Source of the DNA: Candidatus Latescibacterota bacterium
GTDB lineage: Bacteria > Latescibacterota > UBA2968
Direction: 5' to 3'
DNA: 64,000 nucleotides
NCBI GenBank assembly: GCA_965205975.1
Contig: OZ242195.1
Location: 928,001-992,000, forward strand
The notes under the pieces were generated by a model. It saw nothing but the letters and a program-made list of their open reading frames with translations. It did no database searches and was not told the DNA's origin. Positions within the stretch are counted from its first letter, which is position 1, and each line of letters begins with the position of its first letter. Position numbers and translations under genes: made by a program. Below, piece after piece: positions 1-8,798 of the stretch.

Positions 1-419
1 GGACGTCCGAGATTGGAGGCGGTCATACCGAGTTCTCGCATTGTCGCGTTGATGCGATCCATTCCAGCCACTTCAATCAATATGTTGGTGGCGGTGTTAT
101 CGCTGATGGACATCATCAAGTAGAGGAGATCTCCAAACGACAGTTGCAACCCGGTATGCATATGTCGCAGCACACCACTGCCGGGAGATTTATCCACAGA
201 GCGGATGATATATGTGTCGTCAAGCGCCAGTGTGCCGCGATCAATAGCTCTGTAGATCTCGATCATGATCGGAATTTTAACTGTGCTGGCCGCTGGAAAC
301 TGATGATCACCCCGTGAAGCCCAACGCTCTCCCTGAGGTGAAATTACACTGACGCCGATCATGCCGGGTGATTCGTGCTCTTTAACCGTTTGTTCTAGCT
401 TGCTCCAGTCTGTGGTCAT
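1..419 (-). CDS. Class A beta-lactamase-like serine hydrolase (partial, 3' end outside window)
   Basis: Manual translation from ATG at 419: MTTDWSKLEQ...FPAASTVKIPIM (SxxK)...GSGVL...LMMSISDNTATNILI (SDN loop). Not in the supplied ORF track. Confidence 0.85.
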   Translation of the reverse strand, partial: MTTDWSKLEQTVKEHESPGMIGVSVISPQGERWASRGDHQFPAASTVKIPIMIEIYRAIDRGTLALDDTYIIRSVDKSPGSGVLRHMHTGLQLSFGDLLYLMMSISDNTATNILIEVAGMDRINATMRELGMTASNLGR

Positions 420-442
420 GGTAACGTTCCTGAAACTCAGTC

Positions 443-676
443 TCAGTTTGCCAGTGCGTCTTTGGCTTTGCAAGGCAGTTCGACAAAGATAAAATAAGAT
501 GCGGGATACAAGTAGTCTTCCCACGATTCGTCAATGACTCTCAAATATCCCTCTTGCGCTGCTTCTTCGTCGGGTAAAATCTGGTATATTTTCCGCTTCT
601 CCAGATCGTCGCAATCTCTGTTCTCGATACACAGCGCGAATTGAGATTCTGATGGGTTCTTTTTCATTTCAGGCAT
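443..676 (-). CDS. Small conserved hypothetical protein (TA-neighbourhood type)
   Basis: 77-aa ORF with LEKRKIY...RVIDESWEDYLYP, overlapping the upstream UPF0175 gene. Confidence 0.7.
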   Translation of the reverse strand: MPEMKKNPSESQFALCIENRDCDDLEKRKIYQILPDEEAAQEGYLRVIDESWEDYLYPASYFIFVELPCKAKDALAN

Positions 677-899
677 GCAGTTCTACATCCATAGTCTCTG
701 GCGTATCCACTAAGATGGAAAACCCGAACCGCGGCAGCAATTCCTCGAATACACGGCGAGAGATCCCGAGCGTGAGGCACGCTTCTTTCTCTGAGAGTTT
801 TCCTACGTGGTAGAGTGTTGCAATCAAGGCTTCTCTGAAATACGCCTGGTCGAGGCGAGCAAGCGCAGCCGTGTCAGGTAAGTCTAAAGAGATTTTCAT
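669..899 (-). CDS. UPF0175 family putative antitoxin
   Basis: LYHVGKLSEKEACLTLGISRRVFEELL HTH-like signature. Confidence 0.75.
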   Translation of the reverse strand: MKISLDLPDTAALARLDQAYFREALIATLYHVGKLSEKEACLTLGISRRVFEELLPRFGFSILVDTPETMDVELHA

Positions 900-913
900 T
901 GTATGCCCATTGT

Positions 914-1102
914 TTATGAAGTGACCAACTCCTTACATGCATAAATATCTTCTTGAGTTAGTGAAGGATATTCTGCGAGGAGATCCTCGACAGTGTCCCC
1001 ATTGGCCAACATCCCCAGGATTAGATGTACCGGGATGCGGGTACCTTTAATACAGGCTTGTCCGTGACAAACCCTGGAATCAATGGCAATACGTTCATGC
1101 AT
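914..1102 (-). CDS. DUF433 domain protein (putative antitoxin)
   Basis: VCHGQACIKGTRIPV...LANGDTVEDLLAEYPSLTQEDI. Confidence 0.9.
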   Translation of the reverse strand: MHERIAIDSRVCHGQACIKGTRIPVHLILGMLANGDTVEDLLAEYPSLTQEDIYACKELVTS

Positions 1103-1209
1103 TTTTTATTTCCAGTAAAAGGACTTTCACTTCTTACCTATATCAGGCCCATCACTTGCATCGCAACCCTGGCAATCTCGGAAAGTGCGCATTCGCCGGT
1201 GACGCGCTC

Positions 1210-1286
1210 CCTGAAACTCAGCCTCAAGTTGCCGATAACAGTGCTTTCTCTGGCTTTACGATGCAGTTTGGCAAGGACGAAATAAG
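1210..1286 (-). pseudogene. 3' remnant of a paralogue of the 443..676 gene
   Basis: Minus strand CTTATTTCGTCCTTGCCAAACTGCATCGTAAAGCCAGAG...CTGAGTTTCAGG aligns with 429..498 CTTATTTTATCTTTGTCGAACTGCCTTGCAAAGCCAAAG...CTGAGTTTCAGG (YFVLAKLHRKARE vs YFIFVELPCKAKD). Confidence 0.7.
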
Positions 1287-2069
1287 CGTTGAGTGTAATG
1301 CCTTGTTAGAATGAATTCTCTTTTTTGAAAGCCGCGACTCAACGATAGAAATATATTCCTCGTTGATGTCTGATAAAATTGCGGATCGATTGTGTTTCAA
1401 TGCAAACGCACCCGTAGTGCCAGAACCACACATGGGATCAAAAATTAAATCTTCTTCTTGTGTTGTCATAAAAAAAAGTGGCTCATAAACTTTTAATGGC
1501 TTTTGAGACGGATGGCCTGTCTGCTCATTCTTACCCACAAATCCCACCAATAAGGATGCTTCTATCACGCTCGTTGGCCCTGGCATATATCTCAGCTTCC
1601 CCGCCTTTAACTTTTCTTTTTGCACATCATTCAAAAAGTGTTCGGGATATAGTTTCGCATCTCTCTGAGAAAGGTGTAGGCAAGCATTCTGACTCGAGCG
1701 CCACCCTCGAATAACAGATGGGTTATTTTTGTAATACCAGGTCAGCCATGCAACGAGCTTGTACTCGGTTGGTATTCGATTAAAATACTGAGCTACAATC
1801 TCGGGAAATCCCCACAAGAATACATGGTCAGAGACATCAATTAGTGCTTCGAGTATGGATATAACAAAATCATTGTAATCATCCCTTATTTCTCCAAAAC
1901 CCTTGTTATACCATGGGTCGAGCATTGTAACACGCGGCTTGATGCCCGCTAATTTAATCAGGTTGATGGATTCAAATACATCCATTGGTGGTAGTATTAC
2001 AGTACGACCCTTTTTGGTTCCATTATTGCGCGTGACTTTGTCGAGGTCCCCTAAAGTCATTTGAGTCAT
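1224..2069 (-). CDS. Site-specific amino-DNA methyltransferase, beta class (partner of the KpnI-like endonuclease)
   Basis: Catalytic DPWY precedes HPSQKP and SAM-binding FDPMCGSGTTG. Confidence 0.9.
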   Translation of the reverse strand: MTQMTLGDLDKVTRNNGTKKGRTVILPPMDVFESINLIKLAGIKPRVTMLDPWYNKGFGEIRDDYNDFVISILEALIDVSDHVFLWGFPEIVAQYFNRIPTEYKLVAWLTWYYKNNPSVIRGWRSSQNACLHLSQRDAKLYPEHFLNDVQKEKLKAGKLRYMPGPTSVIEASLLVGFVGKNEQTGHPSQKPLKVYEPLFFMTTQEEDLIFDPMCGSGTTGAFALKHNRSAILSDINEEYISIVESRLSKKRIHSNKALHSTLISSLPNCIVKPEKALLSAT

Positions 2070-2083
2070 GCCTACCCCCTTTA

Positions 2084-2776
2084 CTATTTGTTGTCATTGA
2101 TTTGATATCCAAAATAATCAAGCAAAAAAGAGAATACCATCCGCTTCTCCGGTTCACTTGCGGCTTGCACAATAGCATAAACATTGATTCTACCAGTACT
2201 ATTATCCCAAAAGTTCTTTTTCATAACTTGATGGCGCGCACATAGGACTCTCCATTGATTTGGATCACCTGGGTCGGTCTCTATGTTTATCGAATGTGGT
2301 GACTTATGATCGGGTGTGAGTTTTACTGTGCCTCCTCCGATTGGATCTATATCCCCGCCCTTGAGTCCGCACCGAATACCATCCTCTTCCCATTCACAAG
2401 CGTAGTTCGCTGTTTCCAATACCTTTAACCACACGCCATTATGTGGCCGAACCCTCCTGTTGATCCTCGGCCTCTTTTCAGAGGTGGGCATGAGGTACTC
2501 CTGGAGTTTTAAGTCACCTCTATTGCGCCATGATAAAATTGTGTATCCATCATCCGTTCGCAACTCCGATAATCTTTGATGCCAATTTTCTGGTTCTTTT
2601 TTTGTTATCGGGTCTATAGCTGCTTTGATGATTTGTTCTCTCAATAGAATCTTGCCGAGATTATCAAGAAAAAGAGCTTCGATTCTCTTTTTGATACTAC
2701 TTTGGTTATATGGTCCTTTTACTTCACCATAAATTTTCTCCGCTTCGGACTTAAAATAATTTTCTTTTCGATTCAT
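2084..2776 (-). CDS. Type II HNH restriction endonuclease, KpnI-like
   Basis: IEALFLDNLGK, PENWHQRLSELRTD, GDIDPIGGGTVKLTPDH and LCARHQVMKKNFWD match my recollection of R.KpnI. Adjacent MTase. Start taken at ATG 2776. Confidence 0.85.
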   Translation of the reverse strand: MNRKENYFKSEAEKIYGEVKGPYNQSSIKKRIEALFLDNLGKILLREQIIKAAIDPITKKEPENWHQRLSELRTDDGYTILSWRNRGDLKLQEYLMPTSEKRPRINRRVRPHNGVWLKVLETANYACEWEEDGIRCGLKGGDIDPIGGGTVKLTPDHKSPHSINIETDPGDPNQWRVLCARHQVMKKNFWDNSTGRINVYAIVQAASEPEKRMVFSFLLDYFGYQINDNK

Positions 2777-2804
2777 TATTTTTTTGCCTTTGCTTGTTGG
2801 CCTC

Positions 2805-3854
2805 TCAATCAACAATGGGCAGATGAACCGTTGCGCCGCGTTCGACGGAGCGGAATACTGCTTCGGTGAATTCCATGTATTTCACGCCCTGGTAGAAGGT
2901 TGATTCAGCGGGTTTGCCGGTTTTGATCATGTCGATGAAATCTGCCTCAACCGTCCACTCGCGCATGTCGGATGCGGGGACATCCAATTCCCGCAATGCG
3001 CCATCGCTGGATTTTGCACCCAATATCCGCTGCTCGTCCAAAACGGGGGAGGTTTCGTAAATGAGTGTGCCGTCCGTGCCGTAAATTTCAATGGATTCAC
3101 CCGGCGCGTGGTGCGCGGTGCCGGAGAAGAGATAGACCGCAGTGGCGCCGCTTTCCATTTGCGCCAAAATATTCACGGTGTCTGGACGATCTACTGGTCC
3201 CATGCCGTCTTCTGTGGAGCGCTCGGTGACATAAGTTTCTGCGTGTGCGGATACGGATTTGGTATAGCCACACCAGCGGTGTACAAATTCCACCAGCATG
3301 CCCACGCTCATGGTGTTTAAGCCGGAAAAGCGACCGATTTGTCGCCAGTGTAATGGGGTATTGGGGTCAATGCCCCCAGGCGTCATTGAGCGGATGACGA
3401 TGTTGCGAATATCGCCGACATATCCTTCGGCGATCAATCGCTGCATGAACCAGTCGCCTTTTAGTGCGTGCGGTGGCTGGCATATCTGGTGCGCGAGTTC
3501 CGATTCCATTGCTGCGGCATACATGATTTTTGCCTCGCGCAGATTCATTGCCATACGCGCTTGCACAAATGCATGCTTGTCCGCATTGAGGGATTCGAGT
3601 ACAAACTCGCAGTGTTTGTACGGCCAGGTGCCAATCATTACGGCATCGAGGTCATCTCGCGCGATGAGCGCGTGGGGATCGGTCATCAGGTCGGGATTCA
3701 GTCCAAATTCAGCCGCTATTTTGCCGCCACTCTCTTCACTGCGGTTGCATATTGCCACGACCTCGGCATCGTCAATTTGAGCAAGACCCGGGAAGTGGCG
3801 GGTGCGAAAAATACCGCCGGCACCAATAATACCAATGCGAATTTTATCTGCCAT
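2805..3854 (-). CDS. Gfo/Idh/MocA family oxidoreductase
   Basis: IRIGIIGAGGI Rossmann start, AVMIGTWPYKH. Start MADKIR after a GGAGG RBS. Confidence 0.9.
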   Translation of the reverse strand: MADKIRIGIIGAGGIFRTRHFPGLAQIDDAEVVAICNRSEESGGKIAAEFGLNPDLMTDPHALIARDDLDAVMIGTWPYKHCEFVLESLNADKHAFVQARMAMNLREAKIMYAAAMESELAHQICQPPHALKGDWFMQRLIAEGYVGDIRNIVIRSMTPGGIDPNTPLHWRQIGRFSGLNTMSVGMLVEFVHRWCGYTKSVSAHAETYVTERSTEDGMGPVDRPDTVNILAQMESGATAVYLFSGTAHHAPGESIEIYGTDGTLIYETSPVLDEQRILGAKSSDGALRELDVPASDMREWTVEADFIDMIKTGKPAESTFYQGVKYMEFTEAVFRSVERGATVHLPIVD

Positions 3855-3867
3855 TACAACCTCCATT

Positions 3868-4863
3868 TTACGGCATGGTCAAATCTTCGTAGCCCGTCAG
3901 GTGATATTCATATCCCAGATAATCCAGCAAATTGCACAGTGCGCGGAATGCCACGCCAAAACCATCAATGCCACTAAAGCCGCCAAATTGTCCACCGCCC
4001 TTTACGTGCGGTTCCAAATCGATAAATACACCCGGTACACCCAGTTCCTGAAACTGGCTTTGCAGGCGCGGGACGAGTGTTTTAAAATCCCGCAGGACCA
4101 TTTCATGCCCGGCATCGCCCTGATCAACGGGGATAAACCGCGTCAGCCCTCGCTTTGTTGCGCTGTCCAGCATCGGCTGATTGGCCGGCGCGTTAAATCC
4201 TTTAATGTGTATCCATCCCAATCCGGGCTTTGTTTTTTCATATTCGGCAAAAACACTGTCCGGGCTGTGTCCCATGCTTTCCATATTGCCCACATCCATG
4301 ATGATACAGGTATTGGGACTGTCGATCTTTTCGTGCAATGCGATCAGTGTTTCGCCGTCTCCACCGATTAAATGCGATTCCACTTCAGAGCCGTAGATCA
4401 GCCCTTCGCTTGCACACAGGGCGACAATTTCTGAGAGCTGATCTGCCGCCTGGTTCAAATGCGGCCAGGGATCGGTCCCATGCGGATGGTAATAGCTAAA
4501 GCCGCGAATGAGTTTTGTGTCAAATGCATGGGCGAGTTCGATGGCGCGTTTGACATCTGTCTCCAAGTATTCCTTAAACGGCACATAGCGATTGTCTGTA
4601 CCGTCATCTATGTCCAACAATTTCACCTTTCCGAGCGGGGAACCAATGCTCGATACCGAAATACCAAATTCGCCGTGCAATTTTTGGAGTTGTACAATCT
4701 CCTGCGCGGTCAATTCCATTGCGTTCTTTACCCCGTTGCCCATGTCGATAAACCGGATTGTGTAATAAGACAAGCCAAGCGCGCGCATCATGGTAAATTG
4801 CTCTTCGGCGCGCTTGCTCACCGGTCCCTCGTCGGCAAAACCCGATAAAATCACCTCTGCCAC
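3868..4863 (-). CDS. Sugar phosphate isomerase/epimerase (xylose isomerase-like TIM barrel)
   Basis: LSGFADE, SSIGSPLGK, IRGFSYY, DVGN, IHIK, LEPH motifs. Confidence 0.85.
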   Translation of the reverse strand: MAEVILSGFADEGPVSKRAEEQFTMMRALGLSYYTIRFIDMGNGVKNAMELTAQEIVQLQKLHGEFGISVSSIGSPLGKVKLLDIDDGTDNRYVPFKEYLETDVKRAIELAHAFDTKLIRGFSYYHPHGTDPWPHLNQAADQLSEIVALCASEGLIYGSEVESHLIGGDGETLIALHEKIDSPNTCIIMDVGNMESMGHSPDSVFAEYEKTKPGLGWIHIKGFNAPANQPMLDSATKRGLTRFIPVDQGDAGHEMVLRDFKTLVPRLQSQFQELGVPGVFIDLEPHVKGGGQFGGFSGIDGFGVAFRALCNLLDYLGYEYHLTGYEDLTMP

Positions 4864-4877
4864 AATTATACTCCTTT

Positions 4878-5336
4878 CTATGAATCAGGCCAGGTCACTG
4901 GAATAAGTCGCAGTGTGCCATCACCTTGATCGCAACCTGGCGTGATCTCAATTGATTGACTCGTTTTGTAATCTGCACCCTCCAATACAACACTTATTGA
5001 AAAAGTACACGATCCTCCGGAGGCTATTTCAGCGGGGGTACATACATCTTCATGCGTCCCCAATAGCGTATCATTTTCACCCAACACACGTACGCGCACT
5101 TTAAGACCCGTGAGGTCCAGACCCGATTGGCTGTCAACCGTGCCCTCAATGTGGATAATATTCACGCTTGTAGGCGAACCGGCATCGCCCGCAGGCGCAT
5201 TAACAGTTTCACCTCTAATGGAGGTCAGGCTCAAAACGGTTAAATCGTCGGGTATAAAAGTACGCGAGCCGGTAGAATCATCTTTAGAGCATGCAAAGAA
5301 AAAAAAGATAGATAAAAAACTAATGATGTATTTCAT
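4878..5336 (-). CDS. Putative lipoprotein, Ig-like fold
   Basis: MKYIISFLSIFFFFACSK lipobox, beta-rich body. Confidence 0.65.
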   Translation of the reverse strand: MKYIISFLSIFFFFACSKDDSTGSRTFIPDDLTVLSLTSIRGETVNAPAGDAGSPTSVNIIHIEGTVDSQSGLDLTGLKVRVRVLGENDTLLGTHEDVCTPAEIASGGSCTFSISVVLEGADYKTSQSIEITPGCDQGDGTLRLIPVTWPDS

Positions 5337-5412
5337 CGCAGTGTCCTCTGTTGTGTGATACGGCGCATTTGACGCAACAATATACACGTCAAAATCGTAT
5401 CGGGCAAGGGAG

Positions 5413-5506
5413 CTATCAGTTATCAGTTATCGGTTGTCAGTTGTCAGTCCCAACTACTCAACCCCGGTGGGGCGGTGCGGGGTAACTGACTACTGACCAC
5501 TAACTG
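5413..5506. repeat. Inverted arms of heptamer tandem repeats around a short hairpin
   Basis: (YTRTCRG)x5 at 5413-5447, central accccg...cggggt at 5461-5483, ctgacta/ctgacca/ctaactg at 5486-5506. Confidence 0.85.
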
Positions 5507-5877
5507 CTTTCCTCAAAATCAAACGTCACTGCATCCTGCACACCAGATAGATTCGGACGCGGGGCAAATGCCATTGTCAATGCAATTTCCTGTACCTGTC
5601 CTGCCTCAAACCTGGAAAACCGATGGGTTGCACGGGAAATTTCTGCCTGGTTTGAGCCGCGCAATCTCCAGGTCATGATAAACGGGCTGATAATCGGTAC
5701 TGGTCCCGTATTGACGACATCGGCTGAGATATTGACCCCCACGATATCGCCATTCGCATTTTGGATCGGCTCGCGGCGCACGTTGGCAATGGACATAAAA
5801 TCCGAAAGAAGCTCGTTCTCGGGCGATATAGGAACGCCGCCACAACCGAGCAAAAGGCATACGATTAGCCACCTCAT
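5500..5877 (-). CDS. Putative lipoprotein (CARDB/Ig-like)
   Basis: MRWLIVCLLLGCGG lipobox, VVNTGP motif. Confidence 0.65.
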   Translation of the reverse strand: MRWLIVCLLLGCGGVPISPENELLSDFMSIANVRREPIQNANGDIVGVNISADVVNTGPVPIISPFIMTWRLRGSNQAEISRATHRFSRFEAGQVQEIALTMAFAPRPNLSGVQDAVTFDFEESS

Positions 5878-5884
5878 GGATTAT

Positions 5885-6664
5885 TTAGCCTCCAAAATAC
5901 GCCATGCCCACCAGACCGATAAGCCAGCAATAGTAAGCAAATTGTGCAAAATACCCGCCACTGAGTAAACCGAGGAGCCATCGAATGGCAAATACTCCGG
6001 ACACATAAGCTATAATAGCGCCAATCAGCAGGGGCCATAGCGCGTTCATTTGCGGTGGATGGGCGAGAAAATCGCCAACTTCTAATGCGGTTGCGCCCAA
6101 AATAATGGGGATGGATAGTAAAAAAGAAAATGTTGCGGCTTCGCGACCATCCAGCCCACGCCACAGGCCCATGCCAATGGTTGAACCCGATCTGGAAATT
6201 CCCGGCAATACGGCGAGTGCCTGTGCAAAGCCGATTAAAATTGCGTCTATAGATGTAATTTTCATGCGGTCCCCCCGCGCAAATCGCGTGCTCCACAAAA
6301 TACAACCGGTCGCAATCAAGAATCCGCATACGGCGATTGGGCTGGCAAAAGCCTCTTTGAGCAGGTCTTTGAATAGAATTCCCACGGCGCCAGCGGGAAT
6401 AGAGCCGATTATCAACAGGTAGATTGTGTGCCAGGATGCGCCATCGCGTCGCAAACATCCGATGACTAAGTTGCTGATTCGCGTTCGCAACGCGGTCACT
6501 ATAGCCAGCAATGTTCCAAAGTGTACGATTACTTCAAAGGTCACATTACCGGTTTGAATACCCCATGCCGCTTGTCCCAATGCGAGATGTCCCGAACTGC
6601 TCACGGGCAAAAATTCGGTCAGCCCTTGCAACAGTCCCAGGAGCATGGCTTCATAAGGTGTCAA
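5885..6664 (-). CDS. uppP: Undecaprenyl-diphosphate phosphatase
   Basis: QGLTEFLPVSSSGHL and PGISRSGST signatures. Confidence 0.97.
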   Translation of the reverse strand: MTPYEAMLLGLLQGLTEFLPVSSSGHLALGQAAWGIQTGNVTFEVIVHFGTLLAIVTALRTRISNLVIGCLRRDGASWHTIYLLIIGSIPAGAVGILFKDLLKEAFASPIAVCGFLIATGCILWSTRFARGDRMKITSIDAILIGFAQALAVLPGISRSGSTIGMGLWRGLDGREAATFSFLLSIPIILGATALEVGDFLAHPPQMNALWPLLIGAIIAYVSGVFAIRWLLGLLSGGYFAQFAYYCWLIGLVGMAYFGG

Positions 6665-7481
6665 GAGATCTCCTCAGCAATTCTATCACGGGTGCCATAG
6701 ATGCATCGTTACAGATTACAATATCGTAAGTGCTCAGATATGCATTACGATTTTCTTCGACTGCTTCGTTCAAGAATCCCACGCGGATGACACAGTCTGC
6801 ATCGGCGTCGTTCACCATCTGCGCATCTTCTATGGTGTCTCCCAGGAGCAGGACGCAGCTTCGTGGGGCACTTGCATGACGCGCTTTGTTAAAGCTGTGG
6901 ATTACCGGCTCACAAAATCTCGCCACTGCGCCATGTGTATCGAATATCAATTTGTTTGCCGTTACTGTCACATTGGTGGTGAGCAATGCTCTGACTTTTA
7001 AGAATTTTGAGATTACGTTGTCAATGCCCGCGGATAAAATTAATAGCGGTATATCCCTGTCTGCCAATATTTTAAAAAGATCGATGGAACCATCGCGCAA
7101 GCGCATGAAATCACGGATAGCAATGTCTTCTATTATCTCTTCGGTAAGTCCGTATTTCTGCATCATCTCAAGTGCCGCCATCCACCAGTCGTGCATGGCT
7201 TTTTGTTTTTTGCGGTGCGAGATCTTCTGCGATATTTCAATGGGGCGATACCGCGCGTACAGACAATCCATTTCGATGCGATATGCCTCTCCCAAATAGG
7301 CTCCGTGCGCAATTACCGAATAAGATGTCGCATCTTGCCCATCTTCTGTTCGCGCTTTTGTCAATGTGCGATCCCAATCGCTGACTACACACAGTTGTTC
7401 GGTTTTCGTATGGCTGTTCAATTGCGCGATTTTGCCCTGCAGGGCTACCTCATCAGCAATTAATACATGGTCCATTGACAA
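6651..7481 (-). CDS. Pyrimidine 5'-nucleotidase (cN-III/UMPH-1-like HAD)
   Basis: VVSDWDRTLT, MHDWW, LRDG, LILSAGI, VIHSFNK, LLLGDT...D, IRVGFLN. Confidence 0.85.
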   Translation of the reverse strand: MSMDHVLIADEVALQGKIAQLNSHTKTEQLCVVSDWDRTLTKARTEDGQDATSYSVIAHGAYLGEAYRIEMDCLYARYRPIEISQKISHRKKQKAMHDWWMAALEMMQKYGLTEEIIEDIAIRDFMRLRDGSIDLFKILADRDIPLLILSAGIDNVISKFLKVRALLTTNVTVTANKLIFDTHGAVARFCEPVIHSFNKARHASAPRSCVLLLGDTIEDAQMVNDADADCVIRVGFLNEAVEENRNAYLSTYDIVICNDASMAPVIELLRRSLDTL

Positions 7482-7504
7482 CCTTGATTTTTATAGTGAG
7501 ATTC

Positions 7505-7526
7505 GAGGCAGGGATGCCTCTCCTAC
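7505..7526 (-). repeat. GTAG-type REP palindrome
   Basis: Minus strand GTAGGA-GAGGCA-TCCC-TGCCTC. Confidence 0.7.
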
Positions 7527-7529
7527 GGG

Positions 7530-7554
7530 TTCGTCTATTCGTCTATTCGTCTAT
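7530..7554. repeat. Octamer tandem repeat (TTCGTCTA)x3
   Basis: Same unit as 47838-47865, overlapping the stop of the adjacent gene. Confidence 0.8.
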
Positions 7555-8739
7555 CCGCTCGCTGATTTCACCTGTTTCTCTGTCTTTCACAATTCGTTTC
7601 AAGCGTCCATCGGGCATGCGCTCGGTTTTCAGGGTGACAAACTGTGCGTCTGTTTCGGTCGATGCGGTCTCCCGATCTATTTCACCGCCGCGCCATTCCA
7701 TTTCTATTGGTTCCCACTGTTTTGTTTTTGCGGATTTGTAACACGCATCTATAATTGCATTGACAACATAGCCGTCGTACAGGGTTTCCATTGGTTCGCG
7801 TCCTTCATCCCAGGCGTTGAACATATCCACGAACATGTCCGAATATCCCAGTTCGGAGACCTCGTCACCCACGGGAAAGAGCCATCCCGTATCGCCTTCG
7901 GCTTTTTCTGCCACATAACCCCCTTGTCCCACAGCCGTGAACATGTCAAACCCGGTGCGCAACCAGTGGTTGAGCCAGATTGTTCCTTCTGTGCCTGCCA
8001 CTTCGTCCCGCAGGTCCATACCTCCGCGAAATGCCCATCCGACTTCAAATTGACCCATGGATCCATTTTCAAATTTGATCAGTCCAATTCCGTGATCCTC
8101 TGCTTCGACTGGGTGTACGAGTGTGTCAGACCAGCACATCGCTTCGACCGGGCGAATGCCTTTGCCGATGAAGTTGCGAATGATTTCGATACAGTGACAC
8201 CCCATATCGACGATCGCGCCGCCACCTGCTTTGTCTATGTCCCAAAACCAATCGCTGTGGGGGCCGGGGTGTGTTTCGCGTGATCGCACCCACAAGACGC
8301 GGCCCAATGCGCCGTTTTTCACGGATTCGAGGGCTTTTAAGGTTTTTGGGGGATATACCAGGTCTTCGAGATATCCGCCAAATACGCCTGCTTTTTCTAC
8401 TGCATTCAGGATTTGCCGGGCTTCATCAGCGGTGCGCCCGAGAGGTTTGGTACACAATACGGCTTTGCCAGCCTGGGCTGCGAGTGTTGCGGCTTCGAGG
8501 TGCAGGTCGTTGGGCAATCCGATTACCACGCCATCGGTTTCCTCGTCTTCAATTGCGGCTTTGAGATCCGTTGTCCATTTGGGAATGTCCCATTCTTCCG
8601 CAAATGTCCTGGCGCGTTCTTCAGTCCGCGAATACACGACTTGCACCCGATCAATTCCCCGATGTCTGTGCAAGGCCATGGTGTAAAACATTCCGATCAG
8701 TCCAGTTCCCAACATGGTCAATTTATGTCCTTCAGCCAT
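7543..8739 (-). CDS. Gfo/Idh/MocA family oxidoreductase
   Basis: [26 protein letters not shown]. Start MAEGHK after AAGGAG. Confidence 0.92.
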   Translation of the reverse strand: MAEGHKLTMLGTGLIGMFYTMALHRHRGIDRVQVVYSRTEERARTFAEEWDIPKWTTDLKAAIEDEETDGVVIGLPNDLHLEAATLAAQAGKAVLCTKPLGRTADEARQILNAVEKAGVFGGYLEDLVYPPKTLKALESVKNGALGRVLWVRSRETHPGPHSDWFWDIDKAGGGAIVDMGCHCIEIIRNFIGKGIRPVEAMCWSDTLVHPVEAEDHGIGLIKFENGSMGQFEVGWAFRGGMDLRDEVAGTEGTIWLNHWLRTGFDMFTAVGQGGYVAEKAEGDTGWLFPVGDEVSELGYSDMFVDMFNAWDEGREPMETLYDGYVVNAIIDACYKSAKTKQWEPIEMEWRGGEIDRETASTETDAQFVTLKTERMPDGRLKRIVKDRETGEISERIDE

Positions 8740-8798
8740 TTTAAACTCCTTTGTAAAAAAGTTATCAGAAATCACCCAAACAGCGTCGGTTGAATCAC

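Noticed and set aside
1..419. Functional antibiotic-resistance beta-lactamase
   Set aside because: Only SxxK and SDN are visible and the rest lies outside the window. Many such serine hydrolases are not resistance enzymes.
429..2800. Complete integron or cassette array
   Set aside because: No integrase and no full attC palindrome, only one half-site-like stretch.
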